DNA of 63,981 nucleotides, counting the filler, from Octopus bimaculoides (Eukaryota), in NCBI RefSeq assembly GCF_001194135.2. It is 7 parts of 6 records of this genome, joined end to end, with 100 filler letters (N's around TTAATTAATTAA, not from the genome) between each part and the next. Parts side by side here need not be neighbours in the genome. Positions count along the whole stretch, not along the records: positions 10,441 to 24,729 come from NC_068981.1; positions 24,830 to 29,573 come from NC_068994.1; 5 more parts are not named here. One strand, 5' to 3'. Made by a program: the position numbers and the translations under genes. Below, piece after piece: positions 13,281 through 26,729 of the stretch. Every line of letters begins with the position of its first letter. The stretch's first letter is position 1. The notes below the pieces were generated by a model. It saw only the letters and a program-made list of their open reading frames with translations. It ran no database searches and was not told the DNA's origin.

Positions 13281-14999
13281 TAAAACGATGACCATAATGA
13301 AATAGATAGAGATTTCTATCTATTTCATTATAGATAGGAATCTCTATAATGAGGATTCTATCTCGTTATAGAGATAAGTCTGTCACTTTGAGTATGCCAC
13401 TTTTGGTTGGCTGTAGCTGTTGCTTTTCTAATTCAACCAGTCTGTCCCTTTATAAAACTATAGTTTTATAAGCAAAATGATTAAATTAACACTAATATTG
13501 GATTTTTTAAATCAACCTCAGAAGGATGAAATTCCAACATGGTATTACTTGCTGCTCTAAGAATCTAAGTAATAATAAGGAATGGCAATGGTTTCTTTTC
13601 TTCTTGGCCGGATTGGATCATGCATCATATTAACATGAAACTGGTGTACTACTTGTGTTTCTTGTACTAACCAGCATATTGTTTTATATATATGTATATA
13701 TATTTTCAATTGGTAGAACAGTGGTTTACTGCATCTGGGATGCAAGATATGACATGATCAACTGTGGTTGTGTCAACTAGGCAAAGGCATTGATGTTGAG
13801 AGATTCGAAATGCCTTGAGATCCCTGGAACATCACTGATGATGCATTCCGGAGCATCTTTGAGATGTCTCTCAGAACTAATAATTTTGTAATTTAATTTA
13901 ACAGTTTTACAGAGTTTAACTTAACTGTTTTGTAGTTTCTTTGCAGTTTTTTTTTTAGTCAAACTTAATAGTTTTACAGTTTAATTTAACACTATTGTAG
14001 TTTAACATTGACTCTGTTGCAATTTACTTCACTAGCATTGCAGTTTACTTTAAAATATCCGTTTGAAAAATTTTGTTTTTGTTTTTGATAATTCATGCTT
14101 TGATTTAAGAATGTATTCGCTCTCAGTTGATAGACAGATATCCAGCTTTCTTATTTAACCACCCCTCTCTTTCTGTCTCTTCTTTACTTCATTCCTTTCG
14201 TCTTTGCCCCCTTGCTTCATCTCTCCCCACTTCCCCCTCTCTCCCCCTTCCCTTTCTCCCTCACTTTGATTTTGAGTCAGTCATAGTTACTTTGATTAAT
14301 GATCAAATTAAGAAGAATTGATTTTTGTTGTGACTGGTGCTAAAGATTTCACTTAATGTCTGGGCTGTGTTACATCAACTATGTTTACTCCTCAACCATG
14401 AGATACACTGACTGACATGAATATTCGGCAAGACAAAGCAAAGAAAACCTTTCCACTGTTTTGTTTACTCTGCAATTAATCATATTTTTTTCTCTCTCTC
14501 TTTCTAATTTTATTCTTATTTTCATCTTTACAGTTTTGTTGTTGTTGGTATTTCTAATTTCTCATGTTGAAATATGCTTGACAGGTTCGCAGATTGTAAA
14601 ATATGCATAAGAAGTTGGAGTGGGTATTTTACAGTGTGTTCTGTAACTAATCTTTAGCAAAGTATTCAAAGCATTTCTCTTTCCCTCTCTCTCATTTGTT
14701 TCTTTTGCAAGCTAAGTAGGTGTATATTAGTGGAAAATACATGCCTATTATTAGTATTTTTTCGGACAAAATGCTTAGTGGCACTTCGTTTGTCATCACA
14801 TTCTGAGTTCAAATTCCACTGGGGTTGATGTTGCCTTTCTCCTTCCAAATTCAAAATAAGTACAGGTTGAGTACTGAGGTTCACACAGTTGGCCTGCTCC
14901 CTCTCCTAAAATTTCAGGTTTTATGCCTATAATAGAAAAGAAAATTATACTTCTAAGTGTCTGTGATAAGTTATTGATATTATGGTTATATTTTTGAGG

Positions 15000-16450
15000 T
15001 TATTAACCTCAAATTTAGTGGTATAAAATGTTTCCGGGTTCCAGGTTCAGTTGTGACTGTCTCATTTTATTTAACTATCAGGATGTCCAGAAAGGGGAGT
15101 TCCTTTTCATTCATTTCCATAGTGAATTGGATTGATACATGAATGCTATTTATTAATTTAAGAAATTTTGTAAGGTCCTCCTTATTTCAATTCCAAAATA
15201 TAAAGCAGTCATCTAAGAATCTTTTCCAGATTCTGATGAGGTAGGTTTGGAAGTGGTGGTCAAAGTAGTTCTGGATAGGGTGTAGATTTTTTCTTCTAGT
15301 TATCCCATTACTAGTGCGGCAAATGTTGGTGCGACTTTCATCCTCATTGCAGTGCCTTGTATTTGCTGATAGTATTGATTATCAAAGAAAAAGTAGTTGT
15401 TTTCCAGTACTATCTGTAAATTTCAAGTATAAATTCTTTTGAGAATCTCTCCTAAATTCTTTGTGGGTGTTTGTTTATTCAGAATTCTACTGCTTCTTGT
15501 CATATGGGGGATATTTGCGTAGAGACTAGTTACATCAAAGCTAACTAGTACTCTCTCTTTATCCATTTTGGGATATGGTTTAAGAAGTCCATGTTATCTC
15601 TGATGAAACTGGGAACTAATCTACATAAAAGTTTTAAAATTATGTCCAGCAAGTTGATTAATCTTTGGGTGCTGGATGCAGGTCTGCAATGATCAGATGA
15701 TCTGTTTGGATTAATGAATTTTAGGGAGTCCATAAAAATGACTTGTTTTCACTTCAAAATTGGTGAGGTAATCCAACTCCCTTTTTGTTAAGTCATCCTT
15801 GAATTTGTTGGTAAATCTGCCAATTTTGCTTATAGTTTGTTTATCAGCATTGCTTTATATTTCTGGTCATTGAGTTGTTCTAAGACCATTTCCCTGTAAT
15901 GGGTCTTGTCCACTGGCTCCTCCTTTGTCAGTTTCTTTAATGACTATAGATGAATCTTCTTGTAGACATTGTAATGCTTTTTGTTCCTCATCTATAGTAT
16001 TTTGTTTTACAGAGTTTGCTGGAATGTTTGAGTTAGCAGACCCTTTCAGGCATATTATATATTACTCCAGATGTTTGTTTCTGTTTATCGGAGGTTTAAA
16101 ACCTGTTTTGTTTTGCACAAGCAATGGATCATCGTTGTGATTGTTTTGAAAGAATTCCTGTTAGTGACGGTTTCTGCAAAATTCCTCAGTATCTTTTATG
16201 AGGTCTGTTGTGTTGGATTTAGGAGTTGGTGTGAATTTTAGACCATACTGTAAATTTTTTATATCACTTTCCATAAGATTCTGTTGTGAGAGGTTAATTA
16301 TTTCGGGGACAGTTGGTCCAATACTTTCTTGACTCTCTACATCATTAATGTTTTTTTTTCTTTTTTGTTTGGAGATCTTGTTCCCTAAAAAACAGGGAGA
16401 GTCATTGGTATCTTGTCTTTCAGTCATGCCATTATGTCGGAAGGGATTTA
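15000..16450 (-). pseudogene. Penelope-like reverse transcriptase pseudogene
   Basis: IINLSQ..LQYGLKFTPTPK, LINLLDIILK..VPSFIRDNMDFLNHIP, DVTSLYANIPH, QGTAMRMKVAPTFA, RFLDDCFIFW, IQFTME, LPFLDILI. Confidence 0.9.
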
Positions 16451-18038
16451 CCTGGTTGTTTTACCACTTATCTTGATATTTCTGTCTATAATATATTAGT
16501 TTGTGTATTGGAATTTAGACATTATTTTATAGTTTTTATTTTAACACCTGTACTTCTGTTTGTATGTCATAAAAATATTTTTTTTCTCTGGTCTAGAAGC
16601 CTCATTAGGCTTAAAAGGTGCTTGGACTTGCATGCTTGTTGCTTATACATCATAGGAGCTTTAGGCTCATATGGTAGGTCATTATGTCAAGTGGATGTCG
16701 TTTTCTGATCTTAGACTTCTACTCTATGTTTTGGTTTAGAAGCATCAATTAACTTCATCTTCAATAATAATATTCATTAAATTATTGTTAGCTGGGTGGC
16801 AAGGTAGAAATATTAGAGCTCAAGATTAAACAACTAACAGCATCTCGTATGTTTTATGTTCCAGGTTCAAATCTTGCTGAGGTCAACTGATCTTTTATTC
16901 TTCTGCTGTTATTTCTGGAAGCATCAGTTAACTGCTGGGGTTGGATAAATTAACAACAACCTTTCCCTAATATTTATGGAAAATCATCATCATCAAATCT
17001 CTTGAAGTTCAAAGTTGAAAACTTACTGGAGTTGACTTTGTTGTTCATCATTTTGGTATCAATAAATTAATTACAAGACAAATACAGGGGTTAGTTTAAT
17101 GGACTATACCACTTCTTCTAAGCCTCTGATCCTGTGCCAATAAAAGAAAAGGAAAGATTGTTGTTTATTTGCACCTGTACAGACATGATTTTATTTCCTG
17201 TGTAGAATTTGTATATTTATGAAGTGCTGCTGAAGAAAGATTTCTTTTTGAATGTTTTCCTTCAGGCTATCCTTCCAATATTTTGGACATCTCCCCATAC
17301 TGGGGAAGTTATAAAATCTATTGGTTTTGGACATTTTAAACATAATTTTATTGTATTTACATTCAACTTAAGATGGCTTTCTTCCAGAAAAACAATGTTC
17401 AATAAAAAAATAAAAAATAAATTAATATGAAATGACATAGACAAAAAAAAAAAGAAAGAAAAGAATTTAATTATGTAGTTGGATGTACTTATTCAATACA
17501 AAAAAAAAAATGTGATATTTTGGAAGATAAGAATAATATTAATTCAAGCATTTCCTGTTATGTGGCTTGAAATAACAACAATAATACTCACACACTGTTT
17601 GCCAAATGAAGCAAAGAATGAAAAAGCAATGTCGAGTAACAAAAATGAGAATATCAGTTTTTCTTTTGATAATGCCACCTGTAACCAAGTACTGGACATG
17701 AATCATCTGGCTGAGAAAATTTGTTTGGCAGGAACTGTATGAGTAGGAAGAGCATGTCTCTGCCAGCACTCTTCATCCAAGAGTGAGAGAGGACTGAAGC
17801 TATGTGTCTCTGTATTGGCATGAGTGGAGCAAGTTTATTTGTACCCTCGGAAATACAGCTGGAGGTAGCTTTGTCCAGTGTATAAAGCAAGAGCTTCTCT
17901 ATTAGGTGGGGTAGGGCTTATGGCACTATACACCTAGTCCTTAAAATTGAGCGTGGGGTGAAAGAAGCAAGCTAAGCTGATACATCATACATTAGTTCAT
18001 AATGGAATGCTGTAATGCAAAGGCCAAAGTGGAGGAGA

Positions 18039-18289
18039 TTGATGAAATAAGCAGTAGGATTGATGAAGTCCACTAACAATTGATGTAATCGACTAACCCC
18101 ACTCCAACCTCCAAGTTTCAGGTTTTGTGACTACAGTAGAAATGATAATTAGTTCCATTATTTGCCAAATGGGCACAAATTATCATTTCTACTTTAGTCA
18201 CAAAACCTGAAATTTTGGGGTTGGAGTGTGGTTAGTCGATTACATCAATCGTTAGTGGATTACATCAATCCTACTGCTCATTTCATCAA
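18039..18289. repeat. Long fold-back: two ~112-bp arms with a 27-nt loop
   Basis: 18039-18150 is a near-perfect reverse complement of 18178-18289. The arms resemble SINE-family sequence (gatgtaatcgactaacc..caggttttgtgact..gtagaaatgataatt). Confidence 0.92.
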
Positions 18290-19952
18290 CTTATTTCATC
18301 AAGCCCAAAAGGGGGAAAGACAAAGACAACCACAGCAGCGTTTGAACTCAGAACATAAAAGCAGATGAAATACTGCTTAGCATTTTGTCCAATAAGCTAA
18401 TGCTTCTGCCAGCTTGCTGTCTTAATGATAGAAATGATGATAATTTTTATTAGTAGAGGTGGTGAATTAACAGAAATGGTAGTGTCTGACAAAATACTTT
18501 GCAATATTTAATTATATCCTTTTATGTTCTGATTTCAAGTTTTGCCAAGGTTGTTGAATTTGTTTTTCATTCTTCCAGAGTTGAAATGTCTGTCAAGTAT
18601 TGGGGTCAATTTAGCTCAAAAGTTCCTCCACTCATGGTTTCATCCTCATATTAAAATAAGCAAAAGCAAAAAAAAAAAAGCAAAAACAACACATTATTAT
18701 TATTAGTAGTTCTGATGTATCTCTGATGAATAGGTCATCAATGTTTGTTTGTATTTGGGTCTTATTCTTAGCAATAACATTTGCTGCCAGAAACTGTTTT
18801 TTTGAAATAAATAAAAAAAATAAAATAGAACCCATCGACATTGTGAGAGCGAGGTGCCAACCATCTAAATTAATTTCTTTAAATTACTGGCATAAAAAAC
18901 ATATTTTCATGATATTTTTCATATTTATTTTTTTCAGATTGCTTCTGGTTGCTAAAAGCCTTATTGGAATATACCGCTCACAAGACTTTACCATCAATAT
19001 TTCAAGGTTATGAAAAACGACCCTCTTGGCCTAGAGTGAATTTACCAGAAAGAATGGAAGGTTATTAACTAATTTTTTTCTCCTCTCTATTAATTTTTGT
19101 GTTGAGGGTTTTATTTTTTTTATATTTTAATTTTTAAAAAAATTAATTTACTAAGTTTGAAGTGTTTCTGTTTGTTCATTTCTTGAATATTTTTTTCATG
19201 TGTATAATATGACAATGAGAGTAGACCATCTGATGAAATTCTATCATATTGATTATGTTCTTTTACAATTTTGAATTCAGTTCAGATCCTGCCAAAGTAT
19301 ATTTTGCTTTATTTAATAGATACTGCAGTTGATGAAGTAGTCTGTATTCTAAAAGACAGTAAATTGGTATGGTTCGGTGCACTGCCTGACTCTGGTAAAA
19401 GAATAAAAGGATTATGCAAAACAAAGTTCTCATTGAGCTGATTCAGTCTCTTAATTTCAATTTAGCTATTCCATTTCAGCCTACACCAGTTACATTATCA
19501 GCATATATATGTGTATGTGTGTGCGTGCCCGTGTTTAGAAACAAATGAGTGTTGGCAACAGGAAGGGTGTCTGGCTGTAGAAAATCTGCCTCAACAAATT
19601 CCTTCTAACCCTTGCTAAACATGGAAAAGTGGATGTTAAACAATGATGGTGATTTAGAAAATCCTGAATGTTACACAATATCATTTCCACTTCCTATTCC
19701 ATAACTTAGATCTTGAGAACAAAGACATAGATGAAAGATTTGGATTTCATTGATTTTTGGGTATTAAAATTTACATTTAGCGTTTTCTTTATTGTTTAGA
19801 ATGATTTGACACTTATAGACAGGTGAATGTATAATTTCCTCCTTACCATTTTTCTCTTCAATGGTTTACTAAGAGGTGCAAAATCAGTGTCCCATGATTC
19901 TTTTCAGGGACTCCATGACTTAAGACAAGAAAAGAAAGAAGTTATTCTTTAC

Positions 19953-20155
19953 CTAGAGATTTAGTATGAATGCTTGTAACTCAGTGGCCTCTGCTGGAGG
20001 TACACAAAGGCCCTGTGATGGTGTTACAATGGGCAATGAATTAGGTCTACTTCCCAGGAACAAGATCAGCCCTTTACAATCCTCTAGGTGTGTTCCACAT
20101 GGCTCATCAAAAGCTGTAGTAATTACTTGCCCAGTGCTATACAGTGGCAGCAAGC
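19953..20155 (-). CDS. Candidate last coding exon (phase 1): LLPLYSTGQVITTAFDEPCGTHLEDCKG...QAFILNL*
   Basis: tttccatggtttcag acceptor, GC content above the flanks, one frame open for 66 codons, stop TAG followed directly by a GTAAAG donor-like site. No homology recognised. Confidence 0.28.
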
Positions 20156-20917
20156 CTGAAACCATGGAAATTTCTTAACTTATTAGCATTTAAACAGGCT
20201 ATATTCAGCCAAAATATTCTACCTGTTTTATTATCAAACTGGCCAGATCTGGTTTCTTACACCAACCCTACAATATCATTCTAAAAATTAACAGTTACCT
20301 CTTCAAAATCTCAGAGCTACAACATAATGCATAATTAATATAAAACAATGACAATAAATAAGCATTGCTTCTGACAGAATAATGTGAATGCCAAAGGGTT
20401 AACCCTTTTGATACAAACTTGCCCAAGATTACCTCTGTATGAAGTTACCTAAATTAAAATTTCCCATTAAAACTTCATGTTAATTTATGTTCCAATTACC
20501 AGCTTATTAATGATCAAGGTATTTTAGTAAATTCTTTATTATTTTCAAAATTAATTGAAATAAGGAGGATGTATTTCAACAGAAATAGGGTAACAAAATT
20601 ATTAAGCACCCAGGCATTTCAGCAGCCAAATTATATTCACCCTCCTCTTCTGTTTTGTTTTTGTAAATGGAAGAGAAACAGGTAGTTGGTTGAACCTGTA
20701 CTACATTAGTTATTGCTCTTTACGTTAGCAACACACCCTGCTAAAATGTTAACAGTCTCCATTTCATGAAAAAGGGAGTCATTGAATCTGGTGATCCTGT
20801 AGTTTCCTTATCTGCAAGATTTTCAAGAAAGACTGTTGGATTGGGTTCCCATGATCTTTTACTCAAAACCGCCTCTTAACAGAACATTTATTAATCATAC
20901 AGTTGCATTGTTATTAC

Positions 20918-20989
20918 CAAAAGTGGGAGCACTAAGCAGTGATGTGTATAACTGCAATGTTATTACTGCTTCATAATTATGCAGTGTTC
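20918..20989 (-). CDS. Candidate internal exon (phase 1-1): TLHNYEAVITLQLYTSLLSAPTF
   Basis: ctattgttgtctattgcag acceptor and G|GTAATA donor. Only the phase-1 frame is open. No homology recognised. Confidence 0.25.
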
Positions 20990-22098
20990 CTGCAATAGAC
21001 AACAATAGACTGTGAATGATACCTATTTTCAGTTAGGTGGACTTATTGGCTCTCTGGTTAGTTTTCCAATAATGTATTTACAAAGCCTTCTGAACCTCTA
21101 AGCTGAAAACTTGAGGAATCAAATATATCAAGGAATATAGGAAAATTCTTTACACCCTGTGACCTCTGTTAGCTTTACTTGAAAATACCTTTAGCATTGA
21201 AGTCACTGATTAAGTATCTGGGTTTAACTTGAATGACCTTGTTCAACTAATATTTTTCTAGATTTGTAGGACTGGTCTTATATCTGATTCTCATAATGTA
21301 AAGAAGAGTAATAAATGTCATGCTGGATGAGATGAATAGTCATTAATTTTACTGTGCTACTGCCAATATAATGCTGTTTTAAAACAGCTGCTCATGGTAC
21401 CTGTTGAGAAGTAGACAACCCAACAAAAAGATCCCTTGCATGGTTGCTAGACATAGCAGTTAAATCTCTCTCAAATCACACCCTTATATCTTAAAATGCA
21501 AAGAACTTGCCTGAGATTCACAATGTTTAAGAGAATGACTGAATGGCAGGGTAGATTGCCTTTGTCATGAAGTCTGCACTGTTGGGGCTAACTTGGGGTT
21601 AAAAAACTCCAGTGATACTAAGAATTCAGTGGATCAGGATGAATACAGTAAACCTAGAAGTTAATAGTATCTAGAACATTCACCTCTAGGTTGCTTCTCT
21701 GGTTCTCTAGTGACTCAACCACCAACACTCTTCACAAAATCTATGCACTTGATATTATTCTGTTTTTTTCTTTTCTTTTCAAACTCCATTGAAGCCTTCT
21801 AAAGATTCAAACATTAACGATGGTCAGCATCCAGTATTTCGTATACTGCTTTTTGCTCTGCTCTGCTACCTGGTTTGTTGTTAGTGTCTCTAGCCATTGC
21901 TTAGCAAATAACATCAGCAAATAACTTGGCAAATAACATTGCAAATAGCATTTCTATATATTTAACAAATAACACCCTCAGCCGGCCTCTGCTGATGGAG
22001 TTTACTTTATAAGGCATCTGTCTATTTCAGTTCTATGTTTGTGCCAATTCCTCTGTTTTATCTCTGTGTATGTATGTATATGAGCATGTATGCATCTG

Positions 22099-22148
<50 letters not shown>

Positions 22149-22499
22149 ATGTATGTGTATTTGTATGTATGTATATATATGTATACACATGCACACATAT
22201 AAACCATGATACTTGGTGTTCTCCAGGTGCTGAATATATAGAAACAATTTTGTTTGTTAACCTAAATGATTTAATTTATACTAGGTTTTTATGGATTTTT
22301 TTTGTATGTAATTATACCTGTGTTTGTTTTTTATTGTAATGCAGATACATGTCTAAAGTTGAATTTTTTTTCATGTTTCTATGATGTGTGGTGTTTTTGA
22401 AACTGTGTTTATTGATAATTTCAATTTTGTGACATCAGAGAATTCTGTTGTCATGTTTTGCTTTATATATTTTCCTCGTAATACTAAATTGATGTGCAA

Positions 22500-24210
22500 C
22501 GCATAAAACAGAAGCAATTCTAACAGAAATATGTTTTAATGAGTAAGATCTCTGGGGAAGACAGCATTTCTAGTTTTGCAGTTTGGTGTTCTGATGAAAA
22601 GATGTGAGCTTGCACCATCATGTTAATATTGCACACAGGCCTATCACTGTGTATAAGGTTAAATGACAGCTTAAGAGTGGGATGAGCTGTCATACCACAT
22701 TTAAGCAAAGCTGCAGCAATTCCTGCTGAGACCATTGCAATAGTTGTATCGTTGTATGATTGAACTTTCATAAAAATTAGGCTAAGTTTATTTATACAAC
22801 CGTGGGTATCAAAGAAGACCATTCCTCCTGAATCAGACACCACCAACTATTTGATCCTTATATAAGGCTTTTTTCTTCCCCACCCATTTTTTTAAAGCAG
22901 CTATCTAGAACCAAAGAATGAGTCATTTTGGTGGACATACTATTCAAGTTGTCGAATGTCATAGTTGGTTGCCTGAAGAATCTGACTGAGAGTCTTCATT
23001 GCTGTCTATATTGGAGGTGGCAGTCCACTCTGTTCAAAGCACTTGCTAGCCATGGACTGCACAGTGTTTCCATTGAGGTTTAGAGCTTGGTTTTACTTGG
23101 CAGTGGAATTTTTGATTCTTGTTCTTAATACAGTATGTCTTCTATCATGCTGTTCTGGTGGTTATACCAAAGTCGATGAGAAATGGTTGGTGAATATGCA
23201 CAGATAGTGATTGCAAAGAGGTTCTTCATTTTGCTTGGAGAACTTCTTCTAAGGTACTGTTCTAATCTACATCACCTTCCAAAAGAGCCACTTCTTGTAT
23301 TTTTCACAGACATGTCTATTAAAATTTTTTGAGATCTTGAAATGAGATTGGACCATGAACATTGTACAGGAGTTGTATGAAATAAGACACTAAAAAGATG
23401 TGGGGATGCTTAGTTTAGATATAATCTAATACATCACTGGATATGATGTGAGTGTGATCAGGTATCATTGCATCCTACTTTTTTGGTTGAAATGATTCTT
23501 TTTCTCTTCTTGTGAAGCATAATATTTTAGCACTTTGAAGTAGAGAATATTTCTGGCAAAGGCATTGTTTGCACATTTCAAAGAATGAAGTTAATGTGGT
23601 CCTACATGAATGCTGTGTTCACTGCAGTGTTGCTTCTTCAATGAAGTAAACTCTACCCACATGCACCAAAGGGACCACCATCTTCATAACACTAGGGTGC
23701 TGCTGATGAATGGGAAAGCTCAGAGTAGTCCATACAACCTTATTACTGTCAATGCAGTGACAGCTCTGAAATGCAGCTACCTCATTATTTTTGATTCCTG
23801 ATTACTGTTGATATACTTCTTGTCATAACTGATTGATTTCATTGAGTAGTGTCAAAGTTGCCGAGGACTCAATAGGAAAGTCCAGAATATGCCATTACAT
23901 AGTCTCATTTCTGTTGATATAGTATCTGAAATACCGGTATCTCATCACTTGTACTTTCGTCATGCTGCAGTCCAAACCTGATCACTACTTTTGTTGATAT
24001 ACTTCTAAACATATTTGATATCATAAGACTTATTAATCTTAATTATGCAAATTAATTTGTTGGTTTTGCTTTTTGTCTAATCTCTCATAAACGGAATTAT
24101 CCAGAAATAAGGACAACCACTTCTGAAGCAACAGGGATATGTAAAGTGCTGTTCATGTTATCCTGTTGCAGTTCTGTCAGCATGGGTGGATGATTAGTTT
24201 CCAATATGAA
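22500..24210 (-). pseudogene. Helitron RepHel (PIF1-like helicase) pseudogene
   Basis: ORF 22520-22846: GGMVFFDTHG (decayed Walker A region), TIAMVSAGIAAALLKCGMTAHPTLKLSFNL..PVCNI. Upstream remnants QLLYNVHGPISFQDLK and SSPSKMKNLFAI. Confidence 0.85.
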
Positions 24211-24689
24211 TATGACTCTGTTAGTTGAATCCTTTAGCATTTAAACTATGTCCAGCTTAAATATTCCACTTGCTTTATTTTAAAATTGACCAGATCTATC
24301 CTCTCACAACTACCCTACAATGTCATTCTAAAAGTAAACAATCTCATCATTGAAATTTCAAAGCTGTGAGATAATCCATGATTAATTTAAAACAGTATGA
24401 ATAAATATTACACCTGACAAAATAACCTGAGTGCTAATGGGTTAACCAATTCATGTATTTATTATGACATGGAGCATCTCCTTAAAATCTGGAACAATTC
24501 CTTCTCTGACAGGCGTAACAGTTCTACAGTGTTGCTGTACCCGCTACAGCTCATTACCCATAAAATGATTTGAAAAAATTTTTGCTTTTCATGAGTGATG
24601 GGCAAAAGAGAACCAACTGAATGGTAAACTTGTCCCTGAAGATTAGCACTCTCGCATCTTCATGTACCAGATGTTTGGTTGTGTATTTG

Positions 24690-24729
<40 letters not shown>

Positions 24730-25447
24730 NNNNNNNNNNNNNNNNNNNNNNNNNNNNNNNNNNNNNNNNNNNNTTAATTAATTAANNNNNNNNNNNNNNN
24801 NNNNNNNNNNNNNNNNNNNNNNNNNNNNNACAATATTTAACAAAAACATCTTTAAATGACGGTCTGACCGTCTGCCAAGCAAATGGGAAACCAGTAATTG
24901 AAGTAGATGGTGAATATGCTCCGGAATAATCATTTAAAGATGTTTTTGTTACATGTTATTGTTTTTGTTGATTAAAATTTGTTGAAAAGAAGCCGCAATA
25001 ATTATATACCAACCCAATATATAAATATATATGCATACACATACATATACATATGTGTATGCTTGCGCGCACGCGCGTGCGTGCGTGCGTGCGTGCGTGT
25101 GTGTGTGTGCGTGCGTGTGTGCATGCGTGCGTGTATGTATGTATGTGTGTGTGTGTGTGTGTGTTCCTGCGTTTCTCCCCCACTACCGCTTGTCAATTGG
25201 TGCTGATGCGTTTATATACCCGTAACTTAGCGGTGTTCAACAACAGAGACTGACAAAATAAGTACTAAGCTTTCAAAAACGCTAAGTACTGGGGTCGATT
25301 CATTCGACCAAAACGTCTTCAAGGCGGTGCCCCAGCATGACCGCAGTCTAATGACTGAAACGCGTAATAAGATATAAAAAAAAACCATTAAAAACATGGA
25401 TTTACTTCTTTACAAAATAAAATAGTTGGAAAGATTTCTGAACTTAC

Positions 25448-25520
25448 GACGGTACGAATTTGCGGCGGATAAAGATATCCACAGATTGAAAACAAGTAAT
25501 ATGCTGATAGTTCTCCTCAT
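25448..25520 (-). CDS. Probable first coding exon of a secreted or membrane protein: MRRTISILLVFNLWISLSAANSYR plus a phase-1 intron
   Basis: aaaataATG context, basic n-region, hydrophobic core and small residues (SLSAA) fitting a signal peptide. Ends at a consensus C|GTAAGT donor (25447). An in-frame upstream ATG exists at 25604. Confidence 0.6.
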
Positions 25521-25664
25521 TATTTTGCTCTTGTTGGTGTTTTTTACTTTTATTTTATTTTGTTGATGCTGTTGGTCTCCTGGTGGCAAGAAAAAAATCA
25601 CCATTCACTTGTTACAGATGTCAGAAAAAGAACAAACAGCAGCAGCCTTTGGGTGTTTGTAAAG

Positions 25665-25716
25665 ACCAACTGACACGGCTCTTCCTTTTGCAGGAGCGAG
25701 TTATAATGTGACGTTA
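25665..25716 (-). promoter_or_regulatory. Candidate core promoter: CRE-like site, TATA-like box and TCAGT initiator
   Basis: TGACGTTA at 25709-25716, TATAA starting at 25705 (minus), TCAGT with A at 25671 (34 nt from the TATA), about 150 nt upstream of the ATG at 25520. Confidence 0.45.
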
Positions 25717-25744
25717 CTGTTTAAAGTTCAACTGATATATATAT

Positions 25745-25811
<67 letters not shown>

Positions 25812-26729
25812 NNNNNNNNNNNNNNNNNNNNNNNNNNNNNNNNNNNNNNNNNNNNNNNNNNNNNNNNNNNNNNNNNNNNNNNNNNNNNNNNNNNNNNNNN
25901 NNNNNNNNNNNNNNNNNNNNNNNNNNNNNNNNNNNNNNNNNNNNNNNNNNNNNNNNNNNNNNNNNNNNNNNNNNNNNNNNNNNNNNNNNNNNNNNNNNNN
26001 NNNNNNNNNNNNNNNNNNNNNNNNNNNNNNNNNNNNNNNNNNNNNNNNNNNNNNNNNNNNNNNNNNNNNNNNNNNNNNNNNNNNNNNNNNNNNNNNNNNN
26101 NNNNNNNNNNNNNNNNNNNNNNNNNNNNNNNNNNNNNNNNNNNNNNNNNNNNNNNNNNNNNNNNNNNNNNNNNNNNNNNNNNNNNNNNNNNNNNNNNNNN
26201 NNNNNNNNNNNNNNNNNNNNNNNNNNNNNNNNNNNNNNNNNNNNNNNNNNNNNNNNNNNNNNNNNNNNNNNNNNNNNNNNNNNNNNNNNNNNNNNNNNNN
26301 NNNNNNNNNNNNNNNNNNNNNNNNNNNNNNNNNNNNNNNNNNNNNNNNNNNNNNNNNNNNNNNNNNNNNNNNNNNNNNNNNNNNNNNNNNNNNNNNNNNN
26401 NNNNNNNNNNNNNNNNNNNNNNNNNNNNNNNNNNNNNNNNNNNNNNNNNNNNNNNNNNNNNNNNNNNNNNNNNNNNNNNNNNNNNNNNNNNNNNNNNNNN
26501 NNNNNNNNNNNNNNNNNNNNNNNNNNNNNNNNNNNNNNNNNNNNNNNNNNNNNNNNNNNNNNNNNNNNNNNNNNNNNNNNNNNNNNNNNNNNNNNNNNNN
26601 NNNNNNNNNNNNNNNNNNNNNNNNNNNNNNNNNNNNNNNNNNNNNNNNNNNNNNNNNNNNNNNNNNNNNNNNNNNNNNNNNNNNNNNNNNNNNNNNNNNN
26701 NNNNNNNNNNNNNNNNNNNNNNNNNNNNA

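Noticed and set aside
14534-19066. Plus-strand exon chain (14534 LLLLVFLISHVEICLT; 17266 YPSNILDISPYWG; 18938 CFWLLKALLEYTAHK..KRPSW)
   Set aside because: Phases can be made to fit, but the donors are weak, no start exon was found and nothing is recognisable. This is what AT-rich sequence gives by chance. Worth a glance in RNA-seq only.
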